A stretch of 64,000 nucleotides of DNA from Bacteroidota bacterium. GTDB lineage: Bacteria; Bacteroidota; Bacteroidia; Cytophagales; Flexibacteraceae. The notes under the pieces were generated by a model, which did no database searches, was not told where the DNA came from, and saw only the letters and a program-made list of their open reading frames with translations. Below, in pieces: positions 37,436-47,105 of the stretch. The stretch covers positions 2,866 to 66,865 of the forward strand of contig JAZKBN010000052.1 in NCBI GenBank assembly GCA_040388605.1, read 5' to 3'. Within the stretch, counting starts at the first letter, position 1. Every line of letters starts with the position of its first letter. Position numbers and translations under genes: made by a program.

Positions 37436-38203
37436 ATGCGACCACTTTTTAGCCTGCTCTTTTTCCTGCTTATTCCGCTTTTTGGCTTGTATGCCCAGGA
37501 AGATGAAGATACCTGCCGCTTTGTTTTCGACTTTGGGTATGGAGACCAGCGAGAATGCAGCGACAGCCTGATTAAGAAAGGCATATTTACATACGGCAGC
37601 CTGATGCCTAAAAAAATGGCTTTTAATAAAACAGCAATAGACTATTTCCCTTATCAGAAAATCTATAGCTTGCCCGGTATTATAATAAAAGCAAAGTCTA
37701 ACCTTATTAGCCTTAAAAAGCCCGGAAATAAAAATTGGCAGACTGTTAACATAAGGAAACATTTCAATCTTGATTTAGATACTTTGTCCGGACCTATGGA
37801 TGAGGTAATTGTGTGGTCGGCATATAGTTTTAAAATGAACGGGCACCTGTATTATGTACTCTTTATTGGGCCCGATGCCCCGCCGCGTTATTACACCCCG
37901 TATAAACCAATCCTGATTGATATGTCGGGAGGCTTTATAAAAGTAGTGCCTATGCCGGGGTTCCAACATTCAACTTCACCGGGCTCTATGAATTGCGTAG
38001 TGCGGCAGGGGAAAGAGTGCTTAGTATATTACCCTTTAAATACACAGCTTAGTGAAGGACCTGACGATTTAAAAGTATATCTGTTCAGCTACATAAACGG
38101 CAAATTCATAAAAGACAGGACTAATTATCTGAAATTAGTATCTGATGCAGGTCCCTTCATTTACCGCATAGATTGGCGGGCGTCGAAATGGGATTTTAAA
38201 TAA
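37436..38203 (+). CDS. Hypothetical secreted protein (low-GC gene)
   Basis: Signal peptide MRPLFSLLFFLLIPLFGLYAQ. My hand count of ~100 nt gave about 34% G+C. No domain recognised. Confidence 0.6.
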   Translation: MRPLFSLLFFLLIPLFGLYAQEDEDTCRFVFDFGYGDQRECSDSLIKKGIFTYGSLMPKKMAFNKTAIDYFPYQKIYSLPGIIIKAKSNLISLKKPGNKNWQTVNIRKHFNLDLDTLSGPMDEVIVWSAYSFKMNGHLYYVLFIGPDAPPRYYTPYKPILIDMSGGFIKVVPMPGFQHSTSPGSMNCVVRQGKECLVYYPLNTQLSEGPDDLKVYLFSYINGKFIKDRTNYLKLVSDAGPFIYRIDWRASKWDFK

Positions 38204-38242
38204 TTATACCCGGCTTCAGCAACTATTTCCATACAAATAAAA

Positions 38243-38267
38243 AACGGGGCAATTTTGCTGCCCCGTT
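38243..38267. terminator. Bidirectional hairpin between convergent genes
   Basis: aaaa-AACGGGGCA-attttgc-TGCCCCGTT-aaa. Confidence 0.55.
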
Positions 38268-38305
38268 AAACCGAATAGTATTTATTAGCACCGGCAAGCT
38301 CTGCC

Positions 38306-38950
38306 TTACCCATTGGTTTCCAACAGCCTTTGCACATTTCCGCTGCAAATAAGGTGCAGGTTGGCCATAATTTTTTCCTCGTTCCAGTTCCACCATTTCA
38401 GCTCAAGCAGGCGTTCAACTATGTATTCTGGGAATCGCATGCGCAGCACATGGGCCGGGTTACCGCCTACAACAGCATAAGGCGCCACATCTTTTGTAAC
38501 TACGGCACGGGTGTTAATAATGGCGCCGTCGCCAATGCTTACGCCGGGCATTATAACAGACTCGTAGCCTATGCTCACATCGTTACCAATATGAATATGC
38601 TGAATCGGTTCAGCGCCTTCGTTGGCTTTGTGGCTCCAAATATCGCCGAGCATGCTGAAGGGGAAGGCGCTTACTCTTTCGGAATGGCGTGCGCCGGCCG
38701 ACATATTAAACTTTACACCGCTGCTTATTGCGCAGAATTTACCTATGGTCAGGGTTTCAGGGGCATCATCGGCATGGTTTAATACATTTTTTAAAAAGTC
38801 TTCAGCAGCCGGGTATGCTTCCGGGCTTTCATAAAATGAATAATTACCAACAAGAATGTTAGGTGATGAGATGCTGTCTTTCAGGGGCAGCATGTGTCTG
38901 CGTACCGATTGGGTCAAATTTCCTTTATTAATTGAGCTGTGCATGAACAT
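38306..38950 (-). CDS. Xenobiotic acyltransferase (CatB/Vat-type hexapeptide-repeat acetyltransferase)
   Basis: Left-handed beta-helix repeats IGNDVSIGYESVIMPGVSIGDGAIINTRAVVTKDVAPYAVVGGNPA and the XAT-typical C-terminal KWWNW motif. Confidence 0.85.
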   Translation of the reverse strand: MFMHSSINKGNLTQSVRRHMLPLKDSISSPNILVGNYSFYESPEAYPAAEDFLKNVLNHADDAPETLTIGKFCAISSGVKFNMSAGARHSERVSAFPFSMLGDIWSHKANEGAEPIQHIHIGNDVSIGYESVIMPGVSIGDGAIINTRAVVTKDVAPYAVVGGNPAHVLRMRFPEYIVERLLELKWWNWNEEKIMANLHLICSGNVQRLLETNG

Positions 38951-39269
38951 AGAGTTTCGTAACCGGCAGGTATGGGCTTAAGCACAATTTCTTAGTACCC
39001 CATGGCAGATTACGCTCTTAAAGTTAGCGAATTAAGTACATAAATATTAAGATATTAATATGAATTTTCATGGAATTATATAATTTCATTGAAATGTTTT
39101 ATTAATTTATAACTATTCAAATTCTGTTTAAAATGTACCATATATGGCCTGCTTATTTTAGCCTGGCTGTAAACAAACAATAGAGATACCTTAAGGGTTA
39201 AACCCTTACTTGCATTTCACAAGGTTCGCATGTACCTTGCGCATGTTTAAAATCAGTCTGAATAAAGAT

Positions 39270-39509
39270 ATGAGGAAAATACCCGAAACAGACCGCAGTG
39301 CCGCCGACCTGGCCATTGGCGAAAAGGGCCTGATTACCGGTTTTCGGGATGCTGAGCTGTCGCTGAAGCTGTTGGAAATGGGTTGCCTGCCCGGCTGCGA
39401 AGTGGAGCTTTGCGGGGTGGCGCCATTAGGATGCCCTTTCAACATAAGCGTGAGCGGCTATCACTTATCCCTGCGAAAAGAAGAAGCGGCGGCTATTTTG
39501 CTTCAGTAG
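39270..39509 (+). CDS. feoA: Ferrous iron transport protein A
   Basis: FeoA SH3-like pattern LAIGEKGLITGF…LLEMGCLPGCEVEL…ISVSGYHLSLRKEEA. The start is chosen at ATG 39270. Upstream in-frame candidates are the ATG at 39243 and the TTG at 39210. Confidence 0.8.
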   Translation: MRKIPETDRSAADLAIGEKGLITGFRDAELSLKLLEMGCLPGCEVELCGVAPLGCPFNISVSGYHLSLRKEEAAAILLQ

Positions 39510-39673
39510 AACAGGGCATTCGAAGATTGCGCAATTGAACGGCTTAAGCAATAAGAACAGCATTTGCCGGAGCATTGGCCTATACTCCGCCCCTGATTTA
39601 TCTCATTCCATCCTGATTCGGACCCCTTACATATTGCGGCTTAGCTTTTTACGGGCCGCCTTTTAAAGCCTGC

Positions 39674-41785
39674 ATGAGCCAACCTAAATTAACGGTGGCA
39701 CTGGCCGGAAACCCAAATGCCGGCAAGACCTCCCTTTTTAACCAGCTTACCGGGCTGAATCAAAGAATTGGAAATTTTCCCGGTGTTACCGTGGAAAAGA
39801 AAACCGGTACAACCTGGCTCAACAACAATACCGCCTGCAACGTAACAGATTTACCCGGCACCTACAGCCTCTACCCGAAATCGCCGGATGAGCAGGTGGT
39901 GTTCGACGTTTTACACAACACTGCAGACCCGCTTTACCCCGATATAGTTGTAGTGGTGGCCGATGCCGGCAACCTGAAGCGCAACCTTTTACTTTTTACG
40001 CAGATTGCCGACCTGCAGATTCCCGTTATACTGGCCCTCAACATGGTAGACCTTGCCGAAAAAGCAGGTTGCGTGTTTGATTTGGAAGTGCTTAAGCAAC
40101 GCCTGCAGGTACCCATTGTGCGCATTAACGGCCGAACCGGCGAAGGCCTCACAGATCTCAAGCAGGCCATCCTGAAATTCAGCTTTGTGCCCCCGAACCC
40201 CTGGTTCAGGCCGGAAGATGCCGCGCCTGAATTGGTTAACAAAGTACGCGATCGCTTTAACCTCGATAACAGCTACCGTGCATTCCAGCTGGCGCACCAG
40301 TACCGCAGCATGAGCAGCCTGAGCGCCGCCGACAAGCATTTCCTGGATGATATAACCCTGCGCTATGAATTCCGCAACCTGAGTTTCCAGGCCGCAGAAA
40401 CCATATCGCGCTATGAGGCAATCAACAAGGCGCTTTTCGATGCCATGTTTATTACCCCGCCTGCCGGCTCGTCGGTAACTGAGCGGCTCGACAAGGTGCT
40501 GACCCACCGTATATGGGGCTACCTTATTTTCTTCGGGATTTTAACGGTACTCTTCCAGGCCATTTTCAGCTGGGCATCTTACCCCATGGACCTGATAGAT
40601 ACAGGCATAGGCGCCCTGAACACCTGGCTCAAAGGCGTTCTCCCCGCCGGCCCCGCCACCGACCTGCTCACCGACGGCGTAATTGCCGGCCTTGGCGGCG
40701 TGCTTATATTTATACCCCAAATTGCCCTGCTCTTCGCCTTTATTGCCGTCCTTGAAGAAAGCGGCTATATGGCCCGGGTTATGTTTATCATGGACCGTGT
40801 TATGCGCAAATTCGGGCTGAACGGGCGAAGTGTAGTACCGCTGATATCGGGTGTGGCCTGTGCCGTGCCCGCCATTATGGCCACCCGCAGCATAGATAAT
40901 ACCCGCGATCGCCTGGTTACTATTTTTGTAACCCCTTTAATGAGCTGCTCGGCACGTATTCCGGTTTACACCGTACTTATTTCATTGGTAGTGCCGCAGC
41001 AATTCTTTTTCGGCATTATTAATTTGCAGGGCCTGGCCATGATGGGCCTGTACCTGCTCGGTTTTTTGGCGGCTGTGGGTTCGGCCTGGCTGTTAAAGCA
41101 AATGGCGGTTACAAAGGCCAAACGCAGCTTCTTTATTATGGAGCTGCCCAGCTATAAAATGCCCCGCTGGGGAAATGTGGGCTATACCATTGCCGACAAG
41201 GTAAAAGCCTTTGTTTTCGAAGCCGGGAAAGTGATTGTAGCCATATCTGTCATACTTTGGGTGCTGGCCACATACGGCCCCGGCGATGCCATGAAAGCAG
41301 CTGACGATAAGGCTGAAGCCCTTGCCAAAACACAAAACTTAAACGATACCCAAAAGGAAAACCTGATTGCCGCCGGCAGGCTTGAAGCAAGCTATGCAGG
41401 TCATTTCGGCAAAGCCATTGAGCCCATAATTCGCCCCCTTGGTTTCGACTGGAAGATTGGCATTGCCCTGATTACCAGCTTTGCTGCCCGCGAAGTGTTT
41501 ATTGGTACCATGAGCACCATTTATTCCATTGGCTCAGACCAGAATGAAGATACCGTACGCGAGCGCATGGCCGCAGAACGCGACCCCCTCACCGGCGGAC
41601 CCATGTACACACCTGCGCGTTCATTCTCACTGCTTATTTTTTACGTATTCGCCATGCAATGCATGAGCACACTGGCTGTAACTTACCGTGAAACCAAGGG
41701 CTGGAAATACCCCCTGCTGCAAACCTTTTATATGACCGGCCTCGCATGGGTGGCAAGCCTGGCTGTTTGGCAGATATTCGGGTAG
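39674..41785 (+). CDS. feoB: Ferrous iron transporter B
   Basis: G-domain motifs GNPNAGKTSLFN, DLPGTYSL and NMVD, followed by a large polytopic permease region. Length 703 aa. Confidence 0.95.
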   Translation: MSQPKLTVALAGNPNAGKTSLFNQLTGLNQRIGNFPGVTVEKKTGTTWLNNNTACNVTDLPGTYSLYPKSPDEQVVFDVLHNTADPLYPDIVVVVADAGNLKRNLLLFTQIADLQIPVILALNMVDLAEKAGCVFDLEVLKQRLQVPIVRINGRTGEGLTDLKQAILKFSFVPPNPWFRPEDAAPELVNKVRDRFNLDNSYRAFQLAHQYRSMSSLSAADKHFLDDITLRYEFRNLSFQAAETISRYEAINKALFDAMFITPPAGSSVTERLDKVLTHRIWGYLIFFGILTVLFQAIFSWASYPMDLIDTGIGALNTWLKGVLPAGPATDLLTDGVIAGLGGVLIFIPQIALLFAFIAVLEESGYMARVMFIMDRVMRKFGLNGRSVVPLISGVACAVPAIMATRSIDNTRDRLVTIFVTPLMSCSARIPVYTVLISLVVPQQFFFGIINLQGLAMMGLYLLGFLAAVGSAWLLKQMAVTKAKRSFFIMELPSYKMPRWGNVGYTIADKVKAFVFEAGKVIVAISVILWVLATYGPGDAMKAADDKAEALAKTQNLNDTQKENLIAAGRLEASYAGHFGKAIEPIIRPLGFDWKIGIALITSFAAREVFIGTMSTIYSIGSDQNEDTVRERMAAERDPLTGGPMYTPARSFSLLIFYVFAMQCMSTLAVTYRETKGWKYPLLQTFYMTGLAWVASLAVWQIFG

Positions 41786-41914
41786 GGAAATGCCTAAATG
41801 TGCCAGGAAAATTGATTTTAGTATTCCAGGCAGGCCGAAAAAACTACAAAAAGTAAGTAATTAGCCGGCTTCCCGAGGAACTGCGGAATTAAATCCGTTT
41901 AAAAGATAGTGTTC

Positions 41915-41962
41915 AAAATAAACATGCCTGCCCGGGAAATCCGGCCAGGCATGTTTATTTTT
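41915..41962. terminator. Bidirectional terminator after feoB
   Basis: aaaataaacatgcctg-(15 nt containing ccgg/ccgg)-caggcatgtttatttt. The arms are a perfect 16-bp match. Confidence 0.65.
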
Positions 41963-42058
41963 ATCTTTTGACAACCAATAAGCAGCATGCAATCATTTAT
42001 AAAGCCCGCATTGCATGCGTAAACTAAACGCCAACTATTTTCAGGTTGGTTAAGCCGC

Positions 42059-43201
42059 CTAATAGCAAACAGCGCAGGGCTGCTTTCCGTAAGAATAAAC
42101 TGCCACATAGGGCGATACATTCAAAACAGAAATACCATCGCAGGTGCGTTTAAAGTGTTTGCAGTCTTTATCCGCATGATATTCGGGGGCATTTTTGCTC
42201 AGGCAAACAATAACCTTGCGGCCTTCCTCCACATGGCGCTCAAACTTGTCTACAAGGTCTTCTTTGACGATTGTTTGAGAAAAGTCTTCCTTTGGCTCGG
42301 CGCCTGCGCTTTGATTATTGCTGTTCCCGGGCATACGTTCACTGTAGCCGGAATTTGAGGCGTTTTGAGCGGGCTCTTCTTCGGATTGGTATCCTGTTTC
42401 AGAATCGTCAAGACTAGGGTCATTCAGCAGGTCTGCTACTTTTTCTTCGCGTATTGAAGCACGGTTGCCGCCTTTTGCATAGCTGCCGCGTGATGATATT
42501 TTAGTTCTGTTGCTGTTATATGAAGGTTCTTCAGCCGGCCTGCGGGCTGCCCTGCTCTGCACTGAATTACTGTTTGCATTGCCGCGCTCGTTCAGCAAAT
42601 CAGCTACCGATTCAGTTACCGGTCCTGAAAACGCCTGTTCGTCGGCAGCCGGTTGCTGCGATGCCTGCGAACGCGTTTTAGCTTGCGTACGCACAGGCGC
42701 CGGGCTTTCCGACTGCTCACGTGCCTGGGTTTCCGGCTCGGGTTGCTTTATGTATCTTGTCTTTTTTACTTTCCGCTGTACCGGGCTGGCTTTTACCTGC
42801 TCGCTGTTCACGCCTTCACCTTCAACACCTGTAAGCCCTGCCGAGGCTATTTCCCATTCGCCGCTAAGCACCTTGCCCCTTGAATATTGCAGATGTGGGG
42901 TATCTGCAGAGAGTTGCAGGTCTGCGCCATTGCGGGTGGTTAAACTGCGTAAAATATACCCTGTACGGCCTGAATAGGCCACATATACAAAGTTACCCTT
43001 AGATTCTTCAATAGTGTAAACCTTAGAGCCTGCAGGTAATTGAAGCATAACCCTGCTTTGGGCCGATGCCTCGGTGTACAAAGTGGCATTTTTTGCTACC
43101 GTAAGCTCAGTTTGAGCCCAAGCGCTGCCGGCAAGCAGCCATGCAGTTAACAGCAGGAAGCAAAAAGGTAAATAATTTTTATAGCCGGATTGTAAGCGCA
43201 T
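42059..43201 (-). CDS. Secreted SH3-domain protein with a long low-complexity linker and a Cys/His-rich C-terminal module
   Basis: Signal peptide, an SH3_3-like block (AKNATLYTEASAQSRVMLQLPAGSKVYTIEE…GYILRS), a Ser/Gln/Pro/Glu-rich region, and a C-terminal …EYHADKDCKHFKRTCDG…GKQPCAVCY. Confidence 0.7.
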   Translation of the reverse strand: MRLQSGYKNYLPFCFLLLTAWLLAGSAWAQTELTVAKNATLYTEASAQSRVMLQLPAGSKVYTIEESKGNFVYVAYSGRTGYILRSLTTRNGADLQLSADTPHLQYSRGKVLSGEWEIASAGLTGVEGEGVNSEQVKASPVQRKVKKTRYIKQPEPETQAREQSESPAPVRTQAKTRSQASQQPAADEQAFSGPVTESVADLLNERGNANSNSVQSRAARRPAEEPSYNSNRTKISSRGSYAKGGNRASIREEKVADLLNDPSLDDSETGYQSEEEPAQNASNSGYSERMPGNSNNQSAGAEPKEDFSQTIVKEDLVDKFERHVEEGRKVIVCLSKNAPEYHADKDCKHFKRTCDGISVLNVSPYVAVYSYGKQPCAVCY

Positions 43202-43666
43202 TGCATCAAGGGGTGCCCAAGGCAGACTAATGCCTCATAAAGGTTATTGTTCTCAAATATTCAGGGTTATAGCGTAAAAAAAGGCACTGCGTGTAAATGC
43301 AGGGGCGCATCGCAACAAATTTAGCATAATTCATGGGAAAACAGCAACAACACTTTGTTGAATAGTTTTAACATGTTTACTTATTTGTTTAACTAAGCCC
43401 GCTTAAACTTTTGATTCATAGCTATAAGCAGTTGGCGGTACATGCATAATTTTCATTGCTTTACCGAGGCCGTTATACAATAGCTTCTGCCCTAATCTGC
43501 ATGGTAAGTATTTTACCAGATTGACAAACTACTCCCGCAATGTTGATTTTGTGCCTTGTAATTGGAAAACGTTTCTAAAGCACGCCTGTTAATTTCTGCC
43601 ATAAATGCTTTGCAACAGCGATGCCAATAACGCAAAAAACGTGAGCTCCGGGGTTAAAATGCGGCC

Positions 43667-45025
43667 TTATTGCCCTTTCGGTATTTTGAGCAGGGTTTGC
43701 TCAAGTTGCTTAGCCGAGAGCCCCTGGTTCACAATACGCCCCTGCCTGTCAATAACGTACCAATATGGGAAATCGGTTACCCCGTACTTGCGGGTAATGC
43801 TGCCCTGCGGATTACCTAATTCCATCCAGTCGTCAAACGAATAAAACGCATGGGCATTGTCGCATGTGTAGTCAAGTCCGGCGGCTTTCCAGTAGGCGGC
43901 ATCGCCGAGATCACTGAACACCACTGCTACCGACGGGGCATTGCCTCCAAGCTTTTCATTTATAGTGTGCAGCGAATCGCTGAAATTATAAAAGTCATTG
44001 GTTGGAAAAAAGGCGAACCAAAGCACAACTGTCGAGCCTGCGAACACGCTGTCGGTGGGCCTGGTAGTACTTCCGTAATCCTTTGTAAGTTTGAATACAG
44101 GGGCGCGTGTTCCCGGTTTCAGGCTTTTTCTGATATTTGCCAAAGTATCGGCACGGGACTTTTCGGCAGCAACGCAGGCCTTATATTTTGCTGATTGATA
44201 CTTGAACGCTGCAATACCGGTTCCTGTTACCCGGCTTTGCTCCATAGCGGCAACAAGACTGTCGCTGAAATCAGAATCACTGAAGTATAACCAATCATAA
44301 GCATATGGGGCCATAAAAGTGGGCCAAAGTGTCTTTAAGGGCCGGCGCATGCTCTTATTTATTTTACTGACAAGCAGTGTGTTTTTGAGGTCTTCTTTCA
44401 TAACGCCCCGCACCCAATCTTCGTCGTAGGTGTACTCCACCTTAGATTTTTCAAATGGCAACATTTTAATAGCATATCCGGCCTTTTGCAGGCAGAAGCG
44501 CTGCCAAAGCTTCATAGACGGGCTATGGGTATTTATTGAAACGCCGCCTGATTTATCAGCTTTCTTTTTATACGGGCCGCCTGTTAAGGTAATAAGGTGG
44601 CTGTCTACAGGGAACATATTTTGATATGAGTCCGGCGCAAAATATGTTTCATCAGAATATCTACGTGAATTCAAAACGGTATACATGCCATAAACGGCAA
44701 GTTTGCCCTTAAACTCGAAATTGCCGTTTTTGTCGCTGCGGGTACTGTCAATAATTTGCATCGGCGCCAAATTTTTGCCGTCAGATGTTTTTAAATATAT
44801 CTTTTTATTGCGCCAGCCTGGCCTTAACCCAAACCTGCCGATTATGTGATATGGCCCGCCACCCCTTACGAGGCTGTCATCTTCAGCAATGCCTGAGCTT
44901 GTGGTTTCTGTTTTATTTCCGCTGCATCCGAAGCTGACATAGGGGGAGAGAAACAACATGAATGTAATAAAAAGTTGAACAAAGCTGTATGTAACGGCAA
45001 CAGGCCGCGTGATGCTGATACTCAT
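43667..45025 (-). CDS. Lipoprotein with a C-terminal thioredoxin-like (TlpA/redoxin-like) fold that lacks the CxxC motif
   Basis: Lipobox SFGCSG. The C-terminal ~140 aa follow the redoxin pattern (PGTRAPVFKL…VVLWFAFFPTNDFY…FPYWYVIDRQGRIV), but the position normally holding WCxPC reads FPTND. Confidence 0.6.
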   Translation of the reverse strand: MSISITRPVAVTYSFVQLFITFMLFLSPYVSFGCSGNKTETTSSGIAEDDSLVRGGGPYHIIGRFGLRPGWRNKKIYLKTSDGKNLAPMQIIDSTRSDKNGNFEFKGKLAVYGMYTVLNSRRYSDETYFAPDSYQNMFPVDSHLITLTGGPYKKKADKSGGVSINTHSPSMKLWQRFCLQKAGYAIKMLPFEKSKVEYTYDEDWVRGVMKEDLKNTLLVSKINKSMRRPLKTLWPTFMAPYAYDWLYFSDSDFSDSLVAAMEQSRVTGTGIAAFKYQSAKYKACVAAEKSRADTLANIRKSLKPGTRAPVFKLTKDYGSTTRPTDSVFAGSTVVLWFAFFPTNDFYNFSDSLHTINEKLGGNAPSVAVVFSDLGDAAYWKAAGLDYTCDNAHAFYSFDDWMELGNPQGSITRKYGVTDFPYWYVIDRQGRIVNQGLSAKQLEQTLLKIPKGQ

Positions 45026-45185
45026 TCTTAAAGCTGATATAAGAGTTAGGGTAAGCTGTAATTAAAGATTTTGAAACGGGTAAGCGAACTGTTGTCGGTC
45101 TGCTCACCTTTCAGGGGCCAAGTTGCAATTGTTCTTTGTAACAAGCAAATATTTTAGGGGGCCGCGCCTTGGCCAAATATACTCC

Positions 45186-45527
45186 CTATTTATCTTTCCC
45201 GCTTTGCAAAATGCTGTTTACCAGCGACAATATAAAGCTGAACATAAGCGCCCACCAAAAGCCGTCTACCTTAAATCCGCTGAAGAGGGCATCGGTGATG
45301 TAAACCATTAACACATTAAGCACAAGCCAGAAAAAACCGAGCGTAACAATGGTAATCGGCAGGGTTAGCAGGGTCAGAACGGGCCTTACAACAGCGTTCA
45401 GGAAGCCAAGCACTATGCTTACGCCAATGGCAGTTCCCAGGCCGCTTACATGCACACCCGGCAACAGCTTGGCAGAAAGGAATACGGCAACGCCGGAAAG
45501 AATGAGCTGTATAATGAAAGAGATCAT
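45186..45527 (-). CDS. Phage-holin-4_2/DUF360 (YvlD-like) small membrane protein
   Basis: 113 aa with 3-4 TM helices. Motifs LNAVVRPVLTLLTLPITIVTLGFF and FWWALMFSFILSLVNS are typical of this family. Confidence 0.75.
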   Translation of the reverse strand: MISFIIQLILSGVAVFLSAKLLPGVHVSGLGTAIGVSIVLGFLNAVVRPVLTLLTLPITIVTLGFFWLVLNVLMVYITDALFSGFKVDGFWWALMFSFILSLVNSILQSGKDK

Positions 45528-45622
45528 AACAGTATTATGGTTGTTGGTGAATAATTACCGGCTGCATGGCCTGTCGCGGAAAATATATCAAAGCAAGGCT
45601 TATGCCATGCCTGTTATAAAAT

Positions 45623-46993
45623 CTAAAAAGGGCCGGAAGCCAGCAGGGGCCGCAGCCAGTGGGCCACGCTGAAATAAACGGTAAGGCCCAGCAAGTCGTT
45701 AGCGGTGGTAATAAAAGGGCCCGATGCAAGGGCCGGGTTAACCCCGTACCTGTCGAGCACAAGCGGGGTAACGGTTCCGGTTATGGATGCCAGGATCACT
45801 ACCGAGAACAGCGCAATGCTAACTACCAAAGCCAAACCGAAAGGCCTTCCGTACAGCAGGAAGAACACAAATACGATAAGCGATATGGTAATGGCATTTA
45901 CTACTGCAATACCGAGTGCGCGAATTATTTTCTCGGTGCGCTTGTTACCGCTGAACACATCGCGGCCCAGGCTTTGCACCACTACGGTGCTGTTCTGAAT
46001 ACCCACATTGCCGCCGGTAGCCGTAATAAGGGGGGTAAAAAGGGCCAGGGCTGTTATCTCTTTCAAATCGCCTTCGAAGAGGCCCATAAGCTGTGCGCCT
46101 ATAAGCCCGCCGGCCATGCCAATGAGCAGCCAGGGCAAACGCGCACGCACGCTCCTGAAAACACCGTCGTCTTCCTCGGCCCCCGCGCTGATACCGGACA
46201 TGGCTGCAATATCCTCTTCGGCCTTCTCTGTAATCACATCCACAATATCATCAATGGTGATGCGGCCAAGCAGGCGGTTCTGGATATTTACAACGGGTAT
46301 GGCTTCAAGGTCGTACTTCTGCATCAGGTCAGATACTTCTTCCTTGTCGCGGTAGCTTTCTACTGATATTAAGTCGCGGTCAAAAATATCGGCAATGCGG
46401 GTATTGGCTTTGGCAAGCAGGATGCGCTTTATGCTCACCTTGCCCAAAAGCCTTTCCTGGCTGTCGACCACGTAAATGGTATGTATCTTCTCTACGTTTT
46501 CGGCCTGGCGACGAATTTCTTCAATGGTTTGCACCACGTTCCAGGTATCGTAGGCCTTTATTAATTCCTTGGCCATAAGGCCGCCGGCGCAGTCTTCATC
46601 ATAGTGCAGCAGCTCTATGATGTGCTCGGCGGTTTCCCGGTCGTCAATGAGCGCAATAACTTCTTCACGAAACCTTACAGGTTGGTGATCAAGCAAATCT
46701 GCCGCATCATCGGAATCCATATAGGGTACCAATGCCGCAATCTCTGCCGATTCGAACACGCGTAAAAAACGGCGCGTGGTTTCCTCATCCAAATTGCTCA
46801 GGATTTCGGCGCTCACCTCAGGGGGCAACAGGTCTATTACGTATTTGCTTTGCGGGGTATTGAGCTCATCAAGCACCTGGCTTATATCTGCCGGGTGCAC
46901 GTCTTCCATGCTCTCCCTGATGAAGGCAACATTCTGCTCCTCGATGGCAGCTTCCAGCTTTTCGAGGTATTCCCGGGTATTAATCGGTTGCAT
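45623..46993 (-). CDS. mgtE: Magnesium transporter MgtE
   Basis: N-terminal MgtE_N domain, tandem CBS region, and a C-terminal TM domain with TGGNVGIQNSTVVVQ and PFITTANDLLGL. Confidence 0.95.
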   Translation of the reverse strand: MQPINTREYLEKLEAAIEEQNVAFIRESMEDVHPADISQVLDELNTPQSKYVIDLLPPEVSAEILSNLDEETTRRFLRVFESAEIAALVPYMDSDDAADLLDHQPVRFREEVIALIDDRETAEHIIELLHYDEDCAGGLMAKELIKAYDTWNVVQTIEEIRRQAENVEKIHTIYVVDSQERLLGKVSIKRILLAKANTRIADIFDRDLISVESYRDKEEVSDLMQKYDLEAIPVVNIQNRLLGRITIDDIVDVITEKAEEDIAAMSGISAGAEEDDGVFRSVRARLPWLLIGMAGGLIGAQLMGLFEGDLKEITALALFTPLITATGGNVGIQNSTVVVQSLGRDVFSGNKRTEKIIRALGIAVVNAITISLIVFVFFLLYGRPFGLALVVSIALFSVVILASITGTVTPLVLDRYGVNPALASGPFITTANDLLGLTVYFSVAHWLRPLLASGPF

Positions 46994-47105
46994 TGGCCTT
47001 GCGTTGTTTGCCCTTTTTTAAAAGCTTAAATAAAAGCCCGGTATTTAGGGTGGTCCGGTATTAAGAAAACAGCTTTTGCTAAGGTACCTGCATAGCATGC
47101 AGGAA

